Shown here: positions 25,547 through 31,348 of the stretch, in pieces
Layout: each line of letters opens with the position of its first letter
Position numbering within the stretch: the first letter of the stretch is position 1
From: Candidatus Omnitrophota bacterium
GTDB lineage: Bacteria; Omnitrophota; Gorgyraeia; Duberdicusellales; 4484-171
Length of the DNA stretch: 32,000 nt
Assembly: GCA_021735045.1 (NCBI GenBank)
Contig: JAIPHU010000010.1
Coordinates: 10,468 to 42,467 of the forward strand
Direction of reading: 5' to 3'
Made by a program: the position numbers and the translations under genes
Notes under the pieces: model-generated
What the model was told of the DNA's origin: nothing
Databases searched by the model: none
The model's input: only the letters and a program-made list of their open reading frames with translations

Positions 25547-26881
25547 ATGAAAGAAAAAATTGAAAAATTTTTAAAAAGTTTATCTTCTTGTTTTCAATTG
25601 ATACAGATGTATGGGGGGAATCATCCAGAATTTGAGAAATCTCTCTTGCAACTATACCAAGAGTTAAAACAGATATTAGAAGATCAAGATCAAATAACTA
25701 TAGCACTAGTGGCTGGGGAGCTAACAAGCGGAGAACATATTTTTTTTGATTTAACTAAAAAATTGACAACTTTAATCAATAAATTAAAAAATAAAGGTAT
25801 TGAAAAAATAACTTTTAAAGAGAGCGTTGAAAAATATGAGTTAGAAAATCTTTTTTTATTTTTTCTGACTCCAAAAAAAGAAAGCGAAGGAATTGATAAT
25901 TACTTTAAGCTACATCAAATAAAGAATATTCAAATCGGCAAAATAAAAGGGTTTGGTCCCAAAAAGAACAAAAATGAAAAAATTTCTTTTAAAGAACCTT
26001 TTGGCCGGCTATACGCAGAGTCTGTGGATAACTTAACGTCTTCTTTAGGTGATTTTATCCAAAAACAGTTATTGGATTTTACAAAATTTGGGTCAGTTGT
26101 AAACAATCTGATGCAAGGGATTGGTTACCACTATCAGGAGATATTAAAATTATCTAGGTTAAAAGGCAAAGATGCCGTTACTTTTTCTCATCTTTTAAAT
26201 GTTTCTTTTTTGTCGATACATTTTGCTAAATTTTTAGGTTTTACTGATTCTGAGGCCAAAGAGATCGGCCTGGCTTCTCTTTTTCATGATATTGGCAAGC
26301 TTTATATTTCAAATAAAATACTTAAAGGGGGAGAACTTATCGATAAAGAATTTGAAGAAATTAAAAGCCACTCACTTTTAGGTGCAGAAATTCTTCTTAA
26401 TTTTGTTGATAAGATAGGAGAATTGCCGCTGGTGGTTGCTCTTGAGCATCATCTAAAGTTTAATTCAGGAGGTTATCCTCGATTAAAATTCCCTCGGCGC
26501 CTTCATCTTATATCAATGTTAGTTTCACTTTGTGATGTCTACGATGCTTTAAGCCAAAGGCGTAGTTATAAAAATAGTTTTCCTCCTGAGCGAATTTATA
26601 AGATTATGGAAGAAGGCAGAGGCTCACAGTTTCATCCTGTACTTTTTGATAATTTTTTTAAATTTATTGGAGTTTGGCCAAATGGAACAGTTGTTGTATT
26701 AAGTAATGATAAGGTTGCTCGGGTTAAGAGTCAAAATCCCGATGATATTTTTTCTCCTGAGGTCGAGATAGTTTCTGATTCTTCGCATAAACTCATCAAT
26801 ATAGGAAAAAATGGACTAGATCTAAAGATCAAAAAATCTCTCAATCCCTATAAAGAAGGAGGAAAGTATTTAAATTCATAG
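25547..26881 (+). CDS. HD-GYP domain protein (putative c-di-GMP phosphodiesterase)
   Basis: HD motif LFHDIGK and HHxxxxxGxGYP motif (EHHLKFNSGGYPRL), with CDVYDALSQRRSYK following. The N-terminal regulatory domain is shared with the upstream ORF. Confidence 0.88.
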   Translation: MKEKIEKFLKSLSSCFQLIQMYGGNHPEFEKSLLQLYQELKQILEDQDQITIALVAGELTSGEHIFFDLTKKLTTLINKLKNKGIEKITFKESVEKYELENLFLFFLTPKKESEGIDNYFKLHQIKNIQIGKIKGFGPKKNKNEKISFKEPFGRLYAESVDNLTSSLGDFIQKQLLDFTKFGSVVNNLMQGIGYHYQEILKLSRLKGKDAVTFSHLLNVSFLSIHFAKFLGFTDSEAKEIGLASLFHDIGKLYISNKILKGGELIDKEFEEIKSHSLLGAEILLNFVDKIGELPLVVALEHHLKFNSGGYPRLKFPRRLHLISMLVSLCDVYDALSQRRSYKNSFPPERIYKIMEEGRGSQFHPVLFDNFFKFIGVWPNGTVVVLSNDKVARVKSQNPDDIFSPEVEIVSDSSHKLINIGKNGLDLKIKKSLNPYKEGGKYLNS

Positions 26882-26901
26882 GGGTTATCCTTTATGAACT
26901 A

Positions 26902-26930
26902 TTTACCCACCTAACCTTTTATGATATAGT
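26902..26930 (+). promoter_or_regulatory. promoter TTTACC-17-TGaTATAGT upstream of the glycolipid genes
   Basis: TTTACC at 26902-26907, a 17-nt spacer, TATAGT at 26925-26930 preceded by TG at 26922-26923 (extended -10). Confidence 0.45.
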
Positions 26931-26944
26931 TAATCAATAAAACT

Positions 26945-28069
26945 ATGATTAAAAAACCAATAATTCATATTTTTCATATTTCTGATTTTGGTGGGCACAG
27001 CCAAGCTGCCTTAAACATTAAAGAGGCCATTTTAGCTAAAGATAACAATGCTAAAGTTGTAAATTTAAATAGTTTCCAGTATTTCTATCCTCGTACAGAA
27101 AAAGTAGTGGATGCTATTTATAAACTAGTAATTAAACAAATTCCTTCTCTTTGGGGCAAAGCTTATGACCATGAAACAGTAGTTAAGCGCCTCAGGCCTT
27201 GGCATAAAGTTGTTAATCATATTTGTTTTCCCAAATTACGTAAATATATAAAGTTTGAAAAACCAAATTGTTTTATTACCACTCAAGCTTTTCCTTGTGG
27301 AATAATTGCTGATTATAAAAAAAAGCATAAGCCAGACATACCCTTAATTGCTGTAGTTACTGATTTTCATCCGCATCGTTTTTGGGTGCATTCATCTGTT
27401 GATCATTATGTAGTTGCTTCAGACGAAGCAAAAAATACATTAGTTAAAGAAGGTGTAGCCGAAGATAAGGTATCAGTTTTTGGAATCCCTATATCTATCA
27501 AGTTTATTAAAAGCTCTTTTGACAGTGAGCCTATAGAAAAATTAGGCCTTTCTTCTCAGCGAAAATCAGTTCTAGTTATGGGGGGTGGCTTAGGTATCGG
27601 GCCAATTGAAAAAATTGTAAGAAATCTTGATCAATTAAACCATGATTTTCAACTAATTGTAGTCTGTGGTAAAAACAGATTTCTTTACCGCAAATTAGAA
27701 AAAATAAAAAATAAAATAAAAAAACCACTATTTATTTTTAGCTATGTGGAATATGTAGATAAAATTATGGATTTTTCTGACATTATTATTACTAAAGCCG
27801 GTGGGATTACTGTATCTGAGGCTTTAGCAAAAAGAATAGCAATAATAATTACAAACCCCATCCCCGGCCAAGAAGAGTTGAACGTTGATTTTTTAATTAG
27901 GCGCAATGCAATTATAAAAGCAGATGGCTTTAAACAAATAAATAAAAATGTAGCTAGCTTAATTGAAAATTCCGATAAGCTGAGATTTTTTAAAAAAAAT
28001 GCTGAAGAAAATTCCCAGGGAAACTCTTCAGCCAAAATTGCTGACTTAATCTTTAAATTTATTAACTGA
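26945..28069 (+). CDS. MGDG-synthase / UgtP-like diacylglycerol glycosyltransferase (GT28)
   Basis: N-terminal MGDG_synth-type region (ISDFGGHSQAALNIKEAI, VTDFHPHRFWVH..VDHYVVAS) and C-terminal GT28 region (VMGGGLGIG, ITKAGGITVSEALA, PIPGQEELN). Confidence 0.85.
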   Translation: MIKKPIIHIFHISDFGGHSQAALNIKEAILAKDNNAKVVNLNSFQYFYPRTEKVVDAIYKLVIKQIPSLWGKAYDHETVVKRLRPWHKVVNHICFPKLRKYIKFEKPNCFITTQAFPCGIIADYKKKHKPDIPLIAVVTDFHPHRFWVHSSVDHYVVASDEAKNTLVKEGVAEDKVSVFGIPISIKFIKSSFDSEPIEKLGLSSQRKSVLVMGGGLGIGPIEKIVRNLDQLNHDFQLIVVCGKNRFLYRKLEKIKNKIKKPLFIFSYVEYVDKIMDFSDIIITKAGGITVSEALAKRIAIIITNPIPGQEELNVDFLIRRNAIIKADGFKQINKNVASLIENSDKLRFFKKNAEENSQGNSSAKIADLIFKFIN

Positions 28070-28905
28070 TGTACTATCTCTTTATCTTAGGAAAAATAAT
28101 CGCTTTAGCCGGGCCGCGGGCGGTTTCTTATCGAATTGCTAAGTTTTTTGCTTTACTTCATTGCTGCTTTTCCAAGAAAGATAGGGAGGCAGTCCTTTAT
28201 AATTTAGGACCTTTGGTCAGACAAAGACAAAGAAAAAAAAAGGTGGCAAAAAAGGTTTTTATTAACTTTGCCTACTATCTTACTGATTTTTTTCGTTATT
28301 CAAGATTGACCAAAAAGTTTATTAAAAAATACGTTAGTTTTGGAGGCCTAGATTTAGTTGATAAAATAGTCAAGGAAAAAAGAGGAGCGATACTGCTTAC
28401 CGCTCATTTAGGTAACTATGAATTAGGCGGGGCGGTTATGTCGTTGCTTGGCTATCCTCTATCAGTTGTTGCATTGCCGCATCTTGACCTGCGTACTAAT
28501 ATTTTTTTTAACCGGCAACGCAAGAGGGTGGGTATAGATGTTATTCCTACTGGAGTTGCAATAAAAAAAACCATCAAAGCTTTGAATCAAGGAAGGCTTT
28601 TGGCCTTACTTGGTGATAGGGATTTTTCACATTCCGGGAGGCGGCAAAAAGTCTTTTCGCGTTTTGCAGAAATTCCGCGGGGAGTGGCTTTTTTTGCAAA
28701 AAAGACCGCTGCAGCAGTAGTCCCTACTTTTTTTGTCCGAGAAAACAAATATCATTACCGGCTTATCTTTGAAAATGAGATTGAGTATGATCGGGAAAAT
28801 GAAAATGTTGAAGAAGATATACTTCAAAAATATGTAGCTGTATTAGAAAAATACTTAAAAAAATATCCCGACCAATGGTATTTATTCCAAAAATACTGGC
28901 AATAA
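28069..28905 (+). CDS. LpxL/HtrB/PatA-family lysophospholipid/glycolipid acyltransferase
   Basis: HX4E active-site motif in TAHLGNYELGG, an N-terminal hydrophobic anchor and a GDRDF segment. Its start overlaps the upstream stop by 1 nt (TGATG). Confidence 0.85.
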   Translation: MYYLFILGKIIALAGPRAVSYRIAKFFALLHCCFSKKDREAVLYNLGPLVRQRQRKKKVAKKVFINFAYYLTDFFRYSRLTKKFIKKYVSFGGLDLVDKIVKEKRGAILLTAHLGNYELGGAVMSLLGYPLSVVALPHLDLRTNIFFNRQRKRVGIDVIPTGVAIKKTIKALNQGRLLALLGDRDFSHSGRRQKVFSRFAEIPRGVAFFAKKTAAAVVPTFFVRENKYHYRLIFENEIEYDRENENVEEDILQKYVAVLEKYLKKYPDQWYLFQKYWQ

Positions 28906-28910
28906 AATTT

Positions 28911-28940
28911 GGTTAATTGGTGAGTGGTTAATTGGTGAGT
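28911..28940 (+). repeat. 2x direct 15-mer GGTTAATTGGTGAGT, ending 4 nt before the four-helix-bundle gene start
   Basis: Copies at 28911-28925 and 28926-28940 are identical. TTGGTTAATTGG (28909-28920) is the exact reverse complement of CCAATTAACCAA in the downstream array. Confidence 0.9.
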
Positions 28941-28944
28941 AGAA

Positions 28945-29316
28945 ATGCAATATAGTTTTGAAAATTTAGAAGTATACAAAGAAGCCCGTGAGTTTAGAAA
29001 GGAAATGTATAAACTAATTAAAGAATTACCTGCTAAAGAAAAATATAATCTTGTAAGCCAAATAAGAAGGGCTTCACTCTCTTTAACTAATTGCATAGCA
29101 GAAGGCCACGGCCGTTACCATTATCAGGAAAATATTCAATTTTTACGTCAATCTAGGGGTTCATTGGAAGAATTAATTGATGATTTAAACACTTGTATTG
29201 ATGAACAATATCTGGAAGAACCTAGATTAAATAAATTAAAAGAAAAAGCTTATGAAGTCTTAAAGAAACTCAATGGCTACATCAAATATTTACGCAGTCA
29301 AAAAAATAAAAATTAG
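28945..29316 (+). CDS. four-helix-bundle protein (23S rRNA intervening-sequence protein / Avd family)
   Basis: 123 aa. FENLEVYKEAREFRKEMYKLIKELPAKEKYNLVSQIRRASLSLTNCIAEGHGR ... QFLRQSRGSLEELIDDL matches the TIGR02436/PF05635-type pattern (F..L.v...A......y.....P..E.y.L..Q.rRAa.Si..NiAEG.gr ... a.GS..E). Confidence 0.9.
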   Translation: MQYSFENLEVYKEAREFRKEMYKLIKELPAKEKYNLVSQIRRASLSLTNCIAEGHGRYHYQENIQFLRQSRGSLEELIDDLNTCIDEQYLEEPRLNKLKEKAYEVLKKLNGYIKYLRSQKNKN

Positions 29317-29332
29317 GTAGATAGCAATAATT

Positions 29333-29341
29333 TGATATAAT
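29333..29341 (+). promoter_or_regulatory. extended -10 element TGaTATAAT between the four-helix-bundle gene and the 8-mer array
   Basis: TG at 29333-29334 and TATAAT at 29336-29341. No convincing -35 is seen. Confidence 0.4.
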
Positions 29342-29346
29342 CCTTA

Positions 29347-29426
29347 TTAACCAATTAACCAATTAACCAATTAACCAATTAACCAATTAACCAATTAACC
29401 AATTAACCAATTAACCAATTAACCAA
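29347..29426 (+). repeat. perfect tandem repeat (TTAACCAA)x10
   Basis: Ten uninterrupted identical 8-bp units from 29347 to 29426, ending 2 nt before ATG 29429 of the GT2 gene. All three frames hit TAA, so it is non-coding. Confidence 0.98.
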
Positions 29427-29428
29427 GC

Positions 29429-30094
29429 ATGCAAATTTGGGCCATAATTCCCGCTTACAATGAAGCTGATGATTTGGGTGAGTTTCTCACTAAAATAAAA
29501 GAGAAAAACTTATCGATTTTGGTGGTTGATGATGGCTCAACTGACAATAGTTATCAAGTGGCTAAAAGAGAGGCTGATCTGGTAATCAAAAATCAAACCA
29601 ATTTTGGTAAAGGCCTGGCTTTACGCAAAGGCATAGATTATTTAATTAATAATAAATATTTTGACTATCTGATTACCATGGATGCGGATGGCCAGCATAG
29701 CCCAGATGATTTAGATAAGTTTATCGGTGAAACTAAGCAGGGGAGCTTATTTGTGATTGGAAATAGAATGGAAAATCCTGATCAGATGCCAAAAACAAGG
29801 ATTATCACTAATTATTTTATGTCTTGGTTGATCTCAAAAATAGCCGGTCAATCTATCCCTGATTCCCAGTGTGGTTATCGTTTGATCAAAAGAGAAGTTA
29901 TAGAAAATCTAACTATAAAAACAAAAAAATTCGAGATAGAGTCAGAAATGTTAATCAATGCTTCAAAATTAGGCTATCCAATAAGAAGTATTCCGATTAA
30001 AAGTATCTATTACAAAAATGTATCCAGTAAAATAAAACCAATTTCGGATAGTTTCCGTTTTATTAAATTTATTTTAAGGTTAAAAGATGGATAA
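29429..30094 (+). CDS. family 2 glycosyltransferase (polyprenyl-phosphate glycosyltransferase-like)
   Basis: IIPAYNEA, VVDDGSTDNS, the DxD motif in MDADGQH, and QCGYRLIKR. It is a soluble protein of about 220 aa. Confidence 0.88.
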   Translation: MQIWAIIPAYNEADDLGEFLTKIKEKNLSILVVDDGSTDNSYQVAKREADLVIKNQTNFGKGLALRKGIDYLINNKYFDYLITMDADGQHSPDDLDKFIGETKQGSLFVIGNRMENPDQMPKTRIITNYFMSWLISKIAGQSIPDSQCGYRLIKREVIENLTIKTKKFEIESEMLINASKLGYPIRSIPIKSIYYKNVSSKIKPISDSFRFIKFILRLKDG

Positions 30095-30743
30095 AAAAGA
30101 CTTTAAACTTCTAAGACAAAAAATGGTTTCTGGTCAATTGGCAAGCAGGGGCATTGATGATCCCAAAGTTTTACAAGCTTTTCGAGAAGTTCCTCGAGAA
30201 ATATTTGTTCCCGAAGCAATGCAAGAATTTGCTTATCAGGATAGCCCTCTTTCGATTGGAGGAGGCCAAACGATTTCACAACCTTACATTGTGGCACTAA
30301 TGACTAAGTTGCTAGAAGTAAAATCTGGTGATAAGATTTTAGAGGTTGGAACTGGATCTGGTTATCAAGCAGCAATTTTATTAAATATGGGTGCTGAAGT
30401 TTATGGGGTAGAAAGACATTTAAATTTAGGCCAGGAAGCAAAAGAAAAAATTAAAGCCTTAGGATATGCTATAGAAGTAAAAATTGGCGATGGCACTTTA
30501 GGTTGGAATAAGTTTGCGCCTTATCATAAAATCGTAGTTACCGCAGCTGCACCAAAACTACCGCAAAGTTTATTCGAACAACTTGCCGTAGGGGGAAGGT
30601 TAGTAGTTCCGGTAGGATCGCGTTTTAGCCAAGAATTAACCGTCGTTGTCAAAAAAGGAAAAAATGAACTTAGTTCCCAGGCAGTTTGTGGTTGTGTGTT
30701 TGTGCCCTTAATTGGCCAAGAAGGTTGGGATGAGTCTGGATAA
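30087..30743 (+). CDS. pcm: protein-L-isoaspartate O-methyltransferase
   Basis: GGGQTISQPYIVALMTKLLE, the SAM motif ILEVGTGSGYQAAIL, and VPLIG near the C-terminus. Confidence 0.95.
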   Translation: MDKKDFKLLRQKMVSGQLASRGIDDPKVLQAFREVPREIFVPEAMQEFAYQDSPLSIGGGQTISQPYIVALMTKLLEVKSGDKILEVGTGSGYQAAILLNMGAEVYGVERHLNLGQEAKEKIKALGYAIEVKIGDGTLGWNKFAPYHKIVVTAAAPKLPQSLFEQLAVGGRLVVPVGSRFSQELTVVVKKGKNELSSQAVCGCVFVPLIGQEGWDESG

Positions 30744-31224
30744 CTTATTTTTATTGATCAAGGAAGAACTAATCGTGGTAGGGGTTGCAACCTTGCCCAT
30801 TTTTGAACTAAGGGGCTCAATCCCTTTAGGGGTTAGTTTTGGTTTATCTATTTATAAAGTTTATTTTTTATCCGTACTGGGTAATTTAATTCCGGTTTTG
30901 CCTTTACTTTTATTTTTTAAATTTTTCTTTCATAAGTTAGAAAAGGTAAAATTTGTAGGAAAGTTTTTTTCTTGGTGGTTCAGGCGAGTAGAGAAAAAGT
31001 CCGAAAGTGTAAAAAAATGGGGCTTTTGGGGCCTAGTTCTTTTGGTTGCGATCCCGCTTCCTGTAACTGGTGCCTGGACGGGTACCGTAGCTGCTAATCT
31101 TCTAGAAATAAAAACAAAAAAAGCATTTCTTGCGATATTGATTGGGGTCTTAATTGCGGGATTAGTTGTGAGCTCGGTAGTAAAAGGGATAATTAGTACA
31201 CATCTTTTTATTCGTTCCTTATAG
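30712..31224 (+). CDS. small membrane protein of the putative small multidrug export family (COG2426-like)
   Basis: Four TM segments. FELRGSIPLG near the N-terminus and LVAIPLPVTGAWTG are typical of that family. The likely true start is ATG 30730 (the ORF track starts at TTG 30712). Confidence 0.7.
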   Translation: MAKKVGMSLDNLFLLIKEELIVVGVATLPIFELRGSIPLGVSFGLSIYKVYFLSVLGNLIPVLPLLLFFKFFFHKLEKVKFVGKFFSWWFRRVEKKSESVKKWGFWGLVLLVAIPLPVTGAWTGTVAANLLEIKTKKAFLAILIGVLIAGLVVSSVVKGIISTHLFIRSL

Positions 31225-31245
31225 TGATTTGGCTTAAAAAAAAGG

Positions 31246-31274
31246 TTGACGCGGATAAAAAAAAAGGATAGAAT
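31246..31274 (+). promoter_or_regulatory. promoter TTGACG-17-TAGAAT upstream of the terminal repeat-protein gene
   Basis: TTGACG at 31246-31251, a 17-nt spacer, TAGAAT at 31269-31274. Confidence 0.5.
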
Positions 31275-31348
31275 TAATAAAGTTAAATATTTTTATACTT
31301 TTATATTTCAAAAAAAGGTGGCTTTGGTTTGGAACATAGTGAAGATAG

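Noticed and set aside
28945-29316. Four-helix-bundle protein considered as the Avd component of a diversity-generating retroelement.
   Set aside because: No reverse transcriptase (no YxDD-type ORF) and no template/variable repeat pair is visible within the window. The only flanking repeats are the simple motif arrays.
29347-29426. Tandem repeat considered as a CRISPR array.
   Set aside because: The units are 8 bp and directly abutting, with no spacers. No cas genes are in the window. This is a microsatellite, not a CRISPR array.
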